Notes: generated by a model from the sequence alone, not told the origin. 64,000 nucleotides of DNA from Candidatus Altimarinota bacterium (GCA_041242255.1 JBESAV010000001.1:704001-768000), one strand, 5' to 3'; shown: positions 19,129 through 32,661, counted from the stretch's first letter. Made by a program: numbers and translations.

Positions 19129-20277
19129 TTATAAATTAATACAAATCATCAAAAACAGTACTAAAAACATACTACTAACAACAGTTTTCAGCAAACGATT
19201 CTTGTTTATTCTCTCAACAACTTCAAAACCAAGGTGTAACAAAAACACACCCACAACTATGTAAACTAATACATTTGTCGAATAAATATTCAAAATATCA
19301 GGAACTGAAAATCTCAAATTCTTCACAGTCAAATAATGACCAATAAAGAAAAGTAAACTATACAAACCAAGTAACCATAAGCTAACTTCCTTAATCCCAG
19401 AGAAAAAACGCGTCCAAACATCTGATTTACTACTAAAGATACTCTTAACTCTTTTAAAAAGATCAACAATAGCAACCTTACGTTGCTCAGATGACTTACT
19501 GGAAAAAACAACTGCTAAAAGATTCCAAACACTATCTATCCTGGCATCAACTATTAAACCTTTCATCTTAGAAGGCGGCAAATCATAATTTTTAAACTTC
19601 CTTTCTAAATTCTTAGCCATTAAGTTTACTCTTAATTTCTCATCAACTTTCACTTTATTTTCAAAGAAAATCTCAGAATCACTTAAAACAGTACATATCT
19701 TCAAACACACCGACTGTATATTTCCTAAATTATCACTATACTTAATTTTATCTAAATGAAGGTAATATTTATCTAAAAATTCTTGAGTAGCCTGACCTAT
19801 TTGATCATTCAAATCTTCACTAACATGCTTCATCAAACTTTTAAGGTCATCAATTAACGGAAGAAGTATATTTCTAAGGGCCTTCACTCTTGAAGCATCA
19901 ACGACAGTTTTAGGGCTATCACTCTCAGTCTCTAACTTAGTTGAACTGTTCTCAAATGACTTATTTGGAGCATTTAAATGAGCAATCTTACTTACATTCA
20001 ATTTATATTCTGACTGTAACCTTACTAAAGCTTTTTCTTGATCTAAGGCAGATATTGTTCCCTTCACAACTTTCCCTTCTTGATTCACAGCTTCAAACTT
20101 AAACTTATTCAAGTTCGACTTATACAATTTTGTACTTAAATCAACTTCCTTCAAATCAACAACCTGTAAATCTAAATTATTAAGTTCTTTTTTTGCTAAA
20201 CGAATATCATCAGCCTCTACAACTCCATGCAATGTTGATCCAGCCGCATTCACGGCAGTGTATTGAAACTTAGGCAT
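19129..20277 (-). CDS. Membrane protein with two tandem PilC/GspF-type N-terminal motifs
   Basis: MPKFQYTAVNAAGSTLHGVVEADD and FKFEAVNQEGKVVKGTISALD; 3 C-terminal TMs; ATG at 20277 preferred. Confidence 0.6.
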   Translation of the reverse strand: MPKFQYTAVNAAGSTLHGVVEADDIRLAKKELNNLDLQVVDLKEVDLSTKLYKSNLNKFKFEAVNQEGKVVKGTISALDQEKALVRLQSEYKLNVSKIAHLNAPNKSFENSSTKLETESDSPKTVVDASRVKALRNILLPLIDDLKSLMKHVSEDLNDQIGQATQEFLDKYYLHLDKIKYSDNLGNIQSVCLKICTVLSDSEIFFENKVKVDEKLRVNLMAKNLERKFKNYDLPPSKMKGLIVDARIDSVWNLLAVVFSSKSSEQRKVAIVDLFKRVKSIFSSKSDVWTRFFSGIKEVSLWLLGLYSLLFFIGHYLTVKNLRFSVPDILNIYSTNVLVYIVVGVFLLHLGFEVVERINKNRLLKTVVSSMFLVLFLMICINL

Positions 20278-20278
20278 A

Positions 20279-22904
<2,626 letters not shown>

Positions 22905-22957
22905 CCAACTCAATTAATTACTAAAATCATTTTATACAAAATACTCAACAATAAAAG

Positions 22958-24898
22958 TTAAATCATGTTCATAGGATCTCTATCAACACTCCAACCCTTA
23001 CCTAAATCCAGATAGTCAATAATCTTCTTAGGGTTCAAGTCAAATAAAATCACCTGATGGTAAAACTTCCCATGTTTTCTTTCAATCAATGGGGCACTAG
23101 ATTTGTATCTTGGATATTTTACAGCATCTAAAACTGATACAACTTTCTCTACCTCCCTCATCACTTTTAGTTTATCTTTATTTGAATAAATCAATCTAGT
23201 CATTTTAGAAAACGGGGGATACATAAACATTCTCCTTACCTCCATCTCGCTCGACACATAGCCTTCAAAATCTTCATCAACAATACTTCTTATCACTACT
23301 GAATCATCTTGAAATGTTTGGAGTACAACCTTACCCTTCACCTTCCCTCTACCTGCACGTCCAGAAAACTGCGTCAATAACTGGTAGGCTCTTTCGCTAG
23401 CTCTAAAATCAGGAAAATTTAAATGCTGATCAACATTAATAACCCCAACAAGACTTACATTCTCCACATCCAAACCAGTTGCAATTGTCTGTGTACCAAC
23501 CACAATATCAGCTTCACCATCTTTCAAAGACTTATAGTTTTCAATATGGGCATTTTTTCTTGAATTAGTATCAGAATCAATTCTCACAATTTTAGCTTTC
23601 GGAAAGTAATCTTTTAACTCTAACTCTAAACCTTTCACACCAATACCTACATTTTTTATTTCTACACTCCCGCAAAAAGAGCAAGCAAATGGCACAGGTT
23701 TTTTATGATTACAATAATGACAAAGCAACTCTTGACCATGTGGAGTTAAACTAATTGAACAATTCACACATTCTTCAACCTGTCCGCAATCAACACACTG
23801 CAAGTAATTAGACGACCCTCTTCTATTATGCAAAAGCATTACCTGTTCATTTCTGGATAATGCAGCAGTAATACTCTCCACCAATTTATCTGACATGTAA
23901 TGCCAGTTACCTCTTTTGCGTTCATCCTTCATATCAACCACCTCATACTCTAAACCCTCACTAGCCTTCACTCGATCGCTTAACTGAAAATAGTCTATTT
24001 TACCATCCATTGCAGCTTTATATACTTCCACAGATGGTGTAGCAGAACCAAACAACACAGATACATCTAACTTTGCAGACAAATACTGTACCAACTGACG
24101 TACATGATATTTCGGATCCATATCTTGTTTATATGAAGAATCATGCTCCTCATCTACAATAACTGCCTTAAGATTCTTAAAAGGCATAAACAAACTAGAC
24201 CTTGATCCAATTACAATCCTAGACTGACCATAAAATATTCTCTTCCACTCTTCTTGTTGCTCTGTTTTATTAAGCTTCGAGTTATACAAAGTAATAAACT
24301 CCTTTGGAAAAACCTTCCCTACATATTCAACAATTTGAGGCGTCAAAGATATCTCTGGAACCAAAACCAAGACTTGAGCAGTAGGATCTTGCTCTAAAAT
24401 TTTAACTATCCAGTGCAAATAAACCTCAGTCTTACCACTACCGGTAATACCATGTAGTAAACCAATAAGCCCCGACCTATTAAGCAATTCATTTAAAACA
24501 TCATGTTGACTATCAGATAGATTATGTAGATTTTGATGATTAATCTCCAATTCACCAATCTCTTTAACAGTTTCTAAATCGAAGTTTTTATCCTTTATTT
24601 TTTTTGGTAAAAAAAGATCTAAGCAAGTACCAATATTAGCAAAATAATACTCTGACATATATCCAACTAAACCCATAGACCATGGCTCTAAAGCAGACTT
24701 CAGAAGCAATTTCTTAATATTTTTAGTTTTAAAATTAGGCTTACTGACCTTTCTCCAAACAACAGCTTTATAACTTTTTCTTCTAAGCTCTACCTCAACC
24801 AAATCACCAACCTCAAACTCAGAATTACTTGAATAAGTAAAAAAATTCATAACAGGACTCTTCAAACCGTGAATTAGACACTCATAAAAATATTGCAT
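22958..24898 (-). CDS. priA: Primosomal protein N' (replication restart helicase)
   Basis: GITGSGKTEVY, DEEHD, SATPS, four CxxC motifs, QFSGRAGR. Confidence 0.95.
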   Translation of the reverse strand: MQYFYECLIHGLKSPVMNFFTYSSNSEFEVGDLVEVELRRKSYKAVVWRKVSKPNFKTKNIKKLLLKSALEPWSMGLVGYMSEYYFANIGTCLDLFLPKKIKDKNFDLETVKEIGELEINHQNLHNLSDSQHDVLNELLNRSGLIGLLHGITGSGKTEVYLHWIVKILEQDPTAQVLVLVPEISLTPQIVEYVGKVFPKEFITLYNSKLNKTEQQEEWKRIFYGQSRIVIGSRSSLFMPFKNLKAVIVDEEHDSSYKQDMDPKYHVRQLVQYLSAKLDVSVLFGSATPSVEVYKAAMDGKIDYFQLSDRVKASEGLEYEVVDMKDERKRGNWHYMSDKLVESITAALSRNEQVMLLHNRRGSSNYLQCVDCGQVEECVNCSISLTPHGQELLCHYCNHKKPVPFACSFCGSVEIKNVGIGVKGLELELKDYFPKAKIVRIDSDTNSRKNAHIENYKSLKDGEADIVVGTQTIATGLDVENVSLVGVINVDQHLNFPDFRASERAYQLLTQFSGRAGRGKVKGKVVLQTFQDDSVVIRSIVDEDFEGYVSSEMEVRRMFMYPPFSKMTRLIYSNKDKLKVMREVEKVVSVLDAVKYPRYKSSAPLIERKHGKFYHQVILFDLNPKKIIDYLDLGKGWSVDRDPMNMI

Positions 24899-24945
24899 AC
24901 TTAGACAAAAATGATAACTTTACAGATAGTATATAAAAAATCAGC

Positions 24946-25224
24946 ATGAATGTTGATCAAAAACTAACTACAGAACTGGGATTTGATCTAGACTATAGTC
25001 TAATGCATCACGATTCTGATTCAAAACAAATGATAAGACACGATATGATTATACGCGATGTAGTCGCAACGTATCCAGAAGTAATGGAGGTAATGTTCGA
25101 ATATGGAGTACATTGCGTAGGTTGCGGTTATGCCTCATTTGAAACCTTAGAACAGGGGGCGAAACTGCACCGAATTGACTTACAAGAGTTTCTGGAAGAC
25201 TTGAATGAAATTGCCTTCAACTAA
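24946..25224 (+). CDS. DUF1858 / hybrid-cluster-associated redox disulfide domain protein
   Basis: YPEVMEV...GVHCVGC...ETLEQGA..H motif. Confidence 0.75.
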   Translation: MNVDQKLTTELGFDLDYSLMHHDSDSKQMIRHDMIIRDVVATYPEVMEVMFEYGVHCVGCGYASFETLEQGAKLHRIDLQEFLEDLNEIAFN

Positions 25225-25258
25225 AAAAGCCCAAGCATAACGCTCAGGCTTTTTTTTT
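25223..25258. terminator. Bidirectional intrinsic terminator
   Basis: A-tract, GCCCAAGC-ATAAC-GCTCAGGC, T-tract between convergent genes; the stem is perfect with GU pairs on the minus strand. Confidence 0.75.
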
Positions 25259-25272
25259 GATTTTTAAGCTTT

Positions 25273-28200
25273 TTAAAGCTTTCTTTCTTGCATTTTATTC
25301 AGAGCAGGGGATGCAATAAAGATAGAAGAGTATGTACCGATACCTATACCAATTACAAGCGCTAGTACGAATTCAAATATTGACGATGAACCAAGAACTA
25401 GCAATGAAAGCAAAGTCAACAAAGTAGAAATAGATGTATTCAATGACCTAGCTAAAGTTTGACTTAAAGATAAATTACAAACTTTTGCAAATTCACCTCT
25501 CTTAACTTTAGCCCCTTTCAAGTTTTCTCTAATTCTATCAAATACTACAATTGTATCATGAACAGAGAAACCAATCACAGTAAGCAGAGCAGTTATGAAT
25601 AACGCATCAACTTGAAGCCCAAACAGTGAAAACACACCAAGTGTAATAATCACATCATGAGTTAAAGCAACCATAGCACTCAACCCAAACCTCCATGGGC
25701 TATAACCTCTCGGAATATTTCTGAAAGTTATAGCTATGTAACAAATTATAGCAACTAGAGCTACAATTAAAGCTATCACTGCTTTACTTTTCAAAGATTC
25801 ACTAATAGTTGGTCCAACTGTAGTAAATCGGTTTTCAACAACCTCAGACTCTGAAGAGTTATTCAAATATTGCAAGATAACATCATGAGTTTCTTCTTGT
25901 ATGTACTTAGTTTTAATTTGATAAACTCCTTCACCAGCAGTAACTACACTTACATCTTCAGAACCTACAGCTTCCACAACTTTTTCCATTACAAGATTCT
26001 TATCAACATTTTCATCAGAAATTTGAACCTCCATAAATGTTCCACCAGTAAAATCAATCCCGGCATTCAATCCCTTAGTTGCAATTGCCCCAACAGAAAT
26101 AACAACTAATACGCAACTAATCGCAAACCAAACTTTAGACTTAGATAAGAAATCGATAGTTTTAACTTTTGAATCGTTCTTATCAGCTTTAAACCAAAGC
26201 TTAAGATTCTTATTATCAACTTTATCTAGAAGCACCAACATTCCTTTAGTAACAGTTATTGCAGTGAACATTGATATCAAAATACCCGCTGCAAGATTCA
26301 ATGCAAAACCACGGATAATTGAAGACCCAAAGAAATACAAAATCCCACAAGTAATTAATGAAGAGAAATTGGAATCTCTAATTGATGACCATGCTTTATC
26401 AAAACCATTATTCACAGCTTTGATATAAGATCTTCCATCTCTAATTTCCTCTTTAATTCTCTCAAAGATCAAAACATTAGCATCAACAGCCATCCCTACA
26501 GAAAGAATAATACCTGCTACACCTGCTAGAGTTAAAACAACAGGGGACGACAGTAAGAATGAAACAAAGAATAATGCAAAAGTAGCAACCACAAAACTCA
26601 AAGTCTGCTCAACCAGCTTCTCTTTACTACTATATATTTTAGCTAAAGCTACACAATAAATTACAAAAGCAAAAATCAAGGCTAACCACATTGGCATACT
26701 AGATTTAATCAAGAAGATCAAAAGAACTGAGTAAACAACCAAAGCTATGTTAGCAAGCACACCAGCTAATCTATAGTAACCAATCATATAAATAGCCAAA
26801 AGCAATAAACCAACCGCTCCAGCCTTAAGAGATGCATCAAGTGCAGCTTGACCAAGATTCGGACCAATTGTGTACTGTCCTGAAAGCTCAATAGGAGCTG
26901 GAATAGCACCAGTATTTAAATCCCTAGCCAGTTCTTGAGCACTATCGATAGTGAAATTACCACTAATTGTTGCCTCTCCTCCAGCAATAACCTGAGACAC
27001 ATTTGGCGCAGAAATTTGCCTACCACCTACATAAATGGCAATTTGACTGTTTAAATTTCTCTCAGTCAACTCCTCAAACAACTCGGCTCCTTCACTATTA
27101 AACTTCACAAGTACAACTGGAATCACATTATTTTGGAAAGCAATATCAGCTCTTTCAAAATAAGAACCATCCAACTCCGTCGCAACCCACCTTTCAGGCA
27201 GTGTAGAGTATATCAACATTTCAAATCTGTAAGCAGTCTCAACTACAGTCTCCATACTTGGTTCAGTAATTGCATTAGCTCTAGTCAAAACATAACCATA
27301 AGGAGTCTCTACAGCCAAATCATATATATCACCTTCAGCCTCTAAATCTGCTTTTATCTCTTCTAACTCAAGTGAACCTTCAAGTAATTCAGAATTCACA
27401 ATATATTCAGAACCAATTTGATCGAAAGTTCTTTCACCATTTACTATCTCACCAATTAGATTTGAAGCTAAAACAGCTGCATCATCTTTACTTAATTCAG
27501 ACGCAGATTCATCAGCCCCCTCATACTGGATCAAAATCGTATCAAGCTCTACTTCTCTAGGAGTTTCTTTCTCATTCTCCATTTCTTGCTTTTCATTCAA
27601 CTTAACTACAGCAAAGCCTTGCTTATCAACTATTTCACCAATAAAGGTTAAACCAAAATTACCTTCAATTAAACCGTCATAAACTTCTCCTTCTTCTAAA
27701 TCATTCAAAACGTTCACCAGCTCCTCGTTAGGAATCATTTCAGCAAAGGTAAAGTCATTATAAGGGTCATAATAAACCTTTTCACCCTCAACCCTCACTT
27801 GCTCCTCAGCTAATGCTGTAAAATCTTCTGAAGACTTAGCTTCTTCTAAAAATGACTCAGCGTTTTCTCTAACTACAGCTATTTCTTCTGCAGTAAGCTC
27901 AGTAACATCGTTTCTCTCCTTAAATTCTAATTGGATAGTTTTACCAACTTGAGCTTTAGCTTCTTCCAAATCATCAATACCAGCTAGCTCTACTATTACA
28001 TGTGTTTCATCAGCTACATTTGATAGATATATATTTGGTTCACTTACTCCAAGTCGATTAACTCTTTCGTTTATTACTTCCAAAATACCTTCTACTATCT
28101 GCTCTTGATCAGCCTCCTCTACATTACTTAGATCAATTTTATAGTCTAATTGTGAGCCACCTTGAAGATCTAAACCTAAGTTTATCTTCATATCCTGAAT

Positions 28201-28320
28201 CGATTCTGGTACAAAACCAGGTTGATACTCAGCCGGCAAATTAAAAATACCTAAACCTAAAGCCACAACCAAGATCATAGGAACTTTCCAATTACCTATG
28301 AAACGCTTAAAAGATCTCAT
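25273..28320 (-). CDS. secDF: Fused protein translocase subunit SecDF with parvulin-like insertion
   Basis: LGLDLQGG, GMAVDANVLIFERIKEE (SecD); GIDFTGG, GFSVHDTIVVFDRIRE (SecF). Confidence 0.93.
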   Translation of the reverse strand: MRSFKRFIGNWKVPMILVVALGLGIFNLPAEYQPGFVPESIQDMKINLGLDLQGGSQLDYKIDLSNVEEADQEQIVEGILEVINERVNRLGVSEPNIYLSNVADETHVIVELAGIDDLEEAKAQVGKTIQLEFKERNDVTELTAEEIAVVRENAESFLEEAKSSEDFTALAEEQVRVEGEKVYYDPYNDFTFAEMIPNEELVNVLNDLEEGEVYDGLIEGNFGLTFIGEIVDKQGFAVVKLNEKQEMENEKETPREVELDTILIQYEGADESASELSKDDAAVLASNLIGEIVNGERTFDQIGSEYIVNSELLEGSLELEEIKADLEAEGDIYDLAVETPYGYVLTRANAITEPSMETVVETAYRFEMLIYSTLPERWVATELDGSYFERADIAFQNNVIPVVLVKFNSEGAELFEELTERNLNSQIAIYVGGRQISAPNVSQVIAGGEATISGNFTIDSAQELARDLNTGAIPAPIELSGQYTIGPNLGQAALDASLKAGAVGLLLLAIYMIGYYRLAGVLANIALVVYSVLLIFLIKSSMPMWLALIFAFVIYCVALAKIYSSKEKLVEQTLSFVVATFALFFVSFLLSSPVVLTLAGVAGIILSVGMAVDANVLIFERIKEEIRDGRSYIKAVNNGFDKAWSSIRDSNFSSLITCGILYFFGSSIIRGFALNLAAGILISMFTAITVTKGMLVLLDKVDNKNLKLWFKADKNDSKVKTIDFLSKSKVWFAISCVLVVISVGAIATKGLNAGIDFTGGTFMEVQISDENVDKNLVMEKVVEAVGSEDVSVVTAGEGVYQIKTKYIQEETHDVILQYLNNSSESEVVENRFTTVGPTISESLKSKAVIALIVALVAIICYIAITFRNIPRGYSPWRFGLSAMVALTHDVIITLGVFSLFGLQVDALFITALLTVIGFSVHDTIVVFDRIRENLKGAKVKRGEFAKVCNLSLSQTLARSLNTSISTLLTLLSLLVLGSSSIFEFVLALVIGIGIGTYSSIFIASPALNKMQERKL

Positions 28321-28362
28321 ATATATGATTAAATTATTTTGTGAATATTATTGCCTTAAGGC

Positions 28363-28821
28363 TTAACTTTCAATTTTATTTAGATTTTGACTTGAGTTCA
28401 CCTTGTCATCCAAAACATTTTGTTTTCTTATTGCCTTATGCAAACGCTCATCATTTTCAAAATTATTACCTTTCCCACTCCTCCCATAGTCGTCATCAAG
28501 TTTAACAACATCATCTAACTCAGGCGTAGAAACCTCAAATATCTCACTATCTTCCAGCGCCTCAACTCGATGAATCATAGGTGGTACAACATCTATCTTA
28601 TCTCCGGGCATCATAATAAGCTCCTCCAACTCATTCTCATTCTCACCAAATATAAACCTAATTTTACCTTTAAAAAGATACTGAGTCTCCATCTTTCTCT
28701 CATGATACTGTAGAGAATAACGGTGCCCTTTGTTAATCTTCAATATTTTACCAGCATACTTTTCCGTCTGAGCAAACCAAATCTCCTCACCCCATGGTTT
28801 TTTTACAATTTTAACTTCCAT
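28363..28821 (-). CDS. Cupin protein (mannose-6-phosphate isomerase type II C-terminal-like)
   Basis: KPWG, SLQYH..K.ET, HR, EVSTP, DDYGR; coupled to the manC-like gene. Confidence 0.75.
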   Translation of the reverse strand: MEVKIVKKPWGEEIWFAQTEKYAGKILKINKGHRYSLQYHERKMETQYLFKGKIRFIFGENENELEELIMMPGDKIDVVPPMIHRVEALEDSEIFEVSTPELDDVVKLDDDYGRSGKGNNFENDERLHKAIRKQNVLDDKVNSSQNLNKIES

Positions 28822-29851
28822 TATTTAATTGATTAACTAATTTTTTTAAAGTAGATGAATCATACAAATCACCAACTAAACAACCATATTCAGAGTAGAC
28901 ACAAACTGTATTCTCTAATTTATACAAAACAACAGGTAAATCAGTTTTATTAATAAGCAAACAATTTTTTACATTATCTAACTCAAAAGATCCTTGTACT
29001 ACATTTCCCTTATCATCCTTACTTAACTCACCAAATAAAGTCTCCCAAGTTCCAATATCACTCCAACCTAAGTCAGCAGGAATAACTACTACATCTTTTT
29101 GATCAAGCTTCTCCATTAACGCAAAATCAATTGATATCTTTTCAAAATCACCATAAACCTCCTCACAATTATCAAAATCTTTTATTCTCATCAGATTCTC
29201 ATATAGCTCAGAAGACTTAAGCTTCAACTCAGACATAAACGAACTAATCTTCCATGTAAAGATAGCTGTATTCCACAAGTACTTAAAAGAGTTATGAAAA
29301 TCTTTTGCTTTTTCAGGATCTGGCTTCTCTACAAATTCTTCAAGACCATAAACTTCCACCTCACCTTGCTTCTCAACTAGATCATTTATCTTGATATAAC
29401 CTAAATTAGGATTAGCTGATTTAGTTTTAACAGATACCAGTACGAAGCGGTCTTTAGCAGCAAACTTTTGAGCAACCGAAACTACTTCTTTAAACTCTAC
29501 ATTATCAACTATCAATTGATCAGCATTAATAATGGTAACAACCTCATCATCAGAAACCTTATCTGCTATATATTTCATAGCAAATGCAATACACGGCGCA
29601 GTGTCTCTTTTTAAAGGCTCGGATATTAAATTCTCATGATTTAGCTCTGGAAGCTGCCCCTTGATTATTTCCTTATATTTGAGATTAGATGAAACATAAA
29701 TATCTTTAGAGTCTGCAAAGCTCAACCTATCAAAGGCCATTTGCAATAGAGTTCTATCACCTAGAAAACTATGAAACTGCTTTGGCAAAGAATCATTACT
29801 GAGTGGCCACAACCTTGTTCCAGCTCCTCCAGCTAAAATTAAATACTTCAT
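28811..29851 (-). CDS. manC: Mannose-1-phosphate guanylyltransferase
   Basis: LAGGAGTRLWPLS, PKQF, EP..RDTA, FVEKP, SIDFALME, WSDIGTW. Confidence 0.88.
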   Translation of the reverse strand: MKYLILAGGAGTRLWPLSNDSLPKQFHSFLGDRTLLQMAFDRLSFADSKDIYVSSNLKYKEIIKGQLPELNHENLISEPLKRDTAPCIAFAMKYIADKVSDDEVVTIINADQLIVDNVEFKEVVSVAQKFAAKDRFVLVSVKTKSANPNLGYIKINDLVEKQGEVEVYGLEEFVEKPDPEKAKDFHNSFKYLWNTAIFTWKISSFMSELKLKSSELYENLMRIKDFDNCEEVYGDFEKISIDFALMEKLDQKDVVVIPADLGWSDIGTWETLFGELSKDDKGNVVQGSFELDNVKNCLLINKTDLPVVLYKLENTVCVYSEYGCLVGDLYDSSTLKKLVNQLNNGS

Positions 29852-29855
29852 ATAC

Positions 29856-30638
29856 TTAGATTATAAAACTATTAACATACCATTCTACAATCATACTACC
29901 GAAGAACATTGAAAATATAAGACTAACCACAAGAAATGGACCAAATGGAACCTGTGACTTCATACCATATTCAGCTTTATCAAGTAACATAACGGGTACT
30001 AAAACAACAGTTCCTAAAACATAAGATTGTAGTATTGTATACAATCCAACCCATGGCCCAAACATAAATCCTATAGCTAATCCCAAGTCAGCATCACCTA
30101 AACCAACCCATTTTCCTTTAGATACAAAGTGCTGCAAAAAGAAAAACAAATAACCAAGCAGCCCCCCTAGTAAAATATCCCAAATTCCTAAGTCAGAGAC
30201 AAAGTAACCAAACATCGCTCCTACAACAACAAGACTGTAAGACAAAACTGATGGAATTCTCAATGTCTTTAAATCAATAGTTAAAATATTAATACCTAAA
30301 AAAACCACTAACAAACTTAAAAACAATTCCAATATATCTAACCCAAAGAAACTAAAACAAAACATAAACAAACCACCCATAATTAGCTCCAACAGAAGAT
30401 ATTTATAACTCAATTTCGTCCCACAACTAGTGCATTTACCCCTTTGTAGTAAAAAACTAAGCACAGGTAATAGATTATACCAACTTAAATCCTTCTTACA
30501 TTCAGGACATCTCGACCTACCAAATAAAACTCTTTTCAAATCAAAATCTCCTCCTTCAACGGCACTTGAAAACTCTTCCATCAATACACTTGAAAAACTT
30601 CCCATAATCAAACCCAAAAAACCTAAAACATATATCAT
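29856..30638 (-). CDS. pilD: Prepilin peptidase (A24)
   Basis: RSRCPEC and GKCTSC Zn motifs, GLGD, VPFGPFL. Confidence 0.88.
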   Translation of the reverse strand: MIYVLGFLGLIMGSFSSVLMEEFSSAVEGGDFDLKRVLFGRSRCPECKKDLSWYNLLPVLSFLLQRGKCTSCGTKLSYKYLLLELIMGGLFMFCFSFFGLDILELFLSLLVVFLGINILTIDLKTLRIPSVLSYSLVVVGAMFGYFVSDLGIWDILLGGLLGYLFFFLQHFVSKGKWVGLGDADLGLAIGFMFGPWVGLYTILQSYVLGTVVLVPVMLLDKAEYGMKSQVPFGPFLVVSLIFSMFFGSMIVEWYVNSFII

Positions 30639-32101
30639 ACTTCTTCATTAATATTATCTAACCTCTCCAGTTCAAACTGGGCTCTTTCATATATTGAATT
30701 ATTCGAGGTCAACCTAGCTAACCTCTCAGCTTGCTCATAATTCTGCCTAGCTAAATCCAAACGATCCTGCTCTAAATAAACAGCTCCTAAATTGAGATAA
30801 ACTGCAGCAATTTCATCATCACGACTTAACGCATTTTCAAATTCAACTAACGCTTCATCTAGTCTATCTGAAGCAAGATAAGCCCAACCTAAAAGATTGT
30901 AAGACATACCTTGATCAGGGTATAAAGCAATAGCTCTATTACCATTTTCAATAGCTTTACTAAAATCTTTTCTATACTCAATCATCAACCAACTAAATCT
31001 CACTAAAGTATCCATTCCAACATTACTTTGCTGAACAACTTGCTCGTAAGCATTAATGGATTGATCAAACTTTGCCAACTTATAATAATTATGACCTAGA
31101 TATTCTTGCAATTGATATTCAGGCTGATATCCAAATCCAGCTGCTTGCTCAAGACTTCTTATCGAATTCTCAAATTCATCCATACCTAACTGGGCCAAAC
31201 CTAAATAAAAATAAGTTGTAGAATTATATGGATCCAACTCCTTAGCTTTTTGTAAGGTCTGCTCTGCCTCCACCAAACTATCGGACAACAGGTAAGAATA
31301 ACCAAGATACAACCAAGCATCACGATAATCACCTTTGTCTCTAATTGCCTCAAAAAAAAACCTTCTAGATAAACTGTACTCTTCCAAATCAATTAGCGAC
31401 TGCCCAACCAAGCTAAGTAAGTAAGCCGTTGGAGTATCCACAAAAGTTTCATAAATTTCAATATCATCTAATAATACATTTGAAGATTCAAGATATTGTC
31501 GATCTTGTTCTGATACATATTCAGCATTACTAACTTGGGCAACAATCAAATTTAACTTATCTTTAGCATTATCCAAATTAGGCTGTAATAAGTTTATTAA
31601 AGCACCAAGATACAAACTCTCAGTATTCCTAGAATCTAAACTAGTATATATCTCTGCAGCCTTATCAACTTGTCTATTAAGTATATAGAACTTCATTAAA
31701 AGGTTATTGTCATCCACATCGAAATCTCCCAACTTAGCAGCACTATTAATGTTATTTTTTGCTGGCTCTAAATCATCTAATTCCAGAAAACTTTCAGCAA
31801 CACCTAGAAAAGGCTCTTTATTTGCAGGTTGCTGTTGATTTGCAAAGCGGAAGTATGCTAGAGCATTTCTATAATCATGGTTATCCAAAAAAGCATATGC
31901 TCTACTTATATTCTCCTCGTAAGCTAAATCGTTAACTAGCAAGTCCTCATCTTTATTCTCTGTTTCATTAACCCCATCATTCGTCATCAAAATACGATCT
32001 TGAAGGTCTGGTTTTGATTTAAGATAACTATTCAAAAGAATCACAACTACAACACTTAGTATAATCTGTAAGAAAATCAGGCCTTGGTGTTTCTTATACA
32101 T
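30635..32101 (-). CDS. Membrane-anchored tetratricopeptide repeat protein
   Basis: N-terminal TM followed by many TPRs (AWLYLGYSYL, YNLLGWAYL, YLNLGAVY). Confidence 0.85.
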   Translation of the reverse strand: MYKKHQGLIFLQIILSVVVVILLNSYLKSKPDLQDRILMTNDGVNETENKDEDLLVNDLAYEENISRAYAFLDNHDYRNALAYFRFANQQQPANKEPFLGVAESFLELDDLEPAKNNINSAAKLGDFDVDDNNLLMKFYILNRQVDKAAEIYTSLDSRNTESLYLGALINLLQPNLDNAKDKLNLIVAQVSNAEYVSEQDRQYLESSNVLLDDIEIYETFVDTPTAYLLSLVGQSLIDLEEYSLSRRFFFEAIRDKGDYRDAWLYLGYSYLLSDSLVEAEQTLQKAKELDPYNSTTYFYLGLAQLGMDEFENSIRSLEQAAGFGYQPEYQLQEYLGHNYYKLAKFDQSINAYEQVVQQSNVGMDTLVRFSWLMIEYRKDFSKAIENGNRAIALYPDQGMSYNLLGWAYLASDRLDEALVEFENALSRDDEIAAVYLNLGAVYLEQDRLDLARQNYEQAERLARLTSNNSIYERAQFELERLDNINEEV

Positions 32102-32191
32102 AAACTTGTTTTTCTTTAAAATAATAAGAAACTTTTGTATATAACAACCTTTTTACTTTACGCAAAAGCTTTTTATACTAAAGAAAAAAAT

Positions 32192-32659
32192 ATGAAGATA
32201 ATAGGAATTGACCCAGGATTTGGAAGAATTGGGTTTGGAATTATAGAAAAAACCAATCAGGTCTCATACATAACATCAGGAATAATAAGCACACCCAAAC
32301 AAGAGAATCTATACAACCGTTTAAATGAAATAGAAAAAGATTTAGATTCAATTTTAAAGAAACACAAACCAAAACTTGCAGTAATTGAAAAGCTATACTT
32401 CAATAAAAACACCACCACAGCCATGCAAGTATCTGAAGCTAGAGGAGTCATCTGCAACTTGATCAACAAACACGGAATTCAAATCCAAGAGATCACCCCA
32501 ACTCAAATCAAATCAACTCTTACTGGAAACGGACGAGCCACTAAGGGTCAAGTTCAAAAAATGGTTGAAATAAATCTAAAAATACAAAAAATCCAAGCCA
32601 TCGACGACGCAATAGATGCACTTGCAGCAGCTCTATCTTTCACACCTATAAACATATAA
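32192..32659 (+). CDS. ruvC: Crossover junction endodeoxyribonuclease
   Basis: IIGIDPG, IEKLYF, EARGVI, GNGRATKGQVQ, DDAIDALA; ATG at 32192. Confidence 0.93.
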   Translation: MKIIGIDPGFGRIGFGIIEKTNQVSYITSGIISTPKQENLYNRLNEIEKDLDSILKKHKPKLAVIEKLYFNKNTTTAMQVSEARGVICNLINKHGIQIQEITPTQIKSTLTGNGRATKGQVQKMVEINLKIQKIQAIDDAIDALAAALSFTPINI

Positions 32660-32661
32660 CT

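Noticed and set aside
32192-32659. RuvC-fold gene as TnpB/Cas12 or transposase
   Set aside because: Size and motifs match a canonical Holliday junction resolvase; no repeats or IS ends. The same applies to ruvX.
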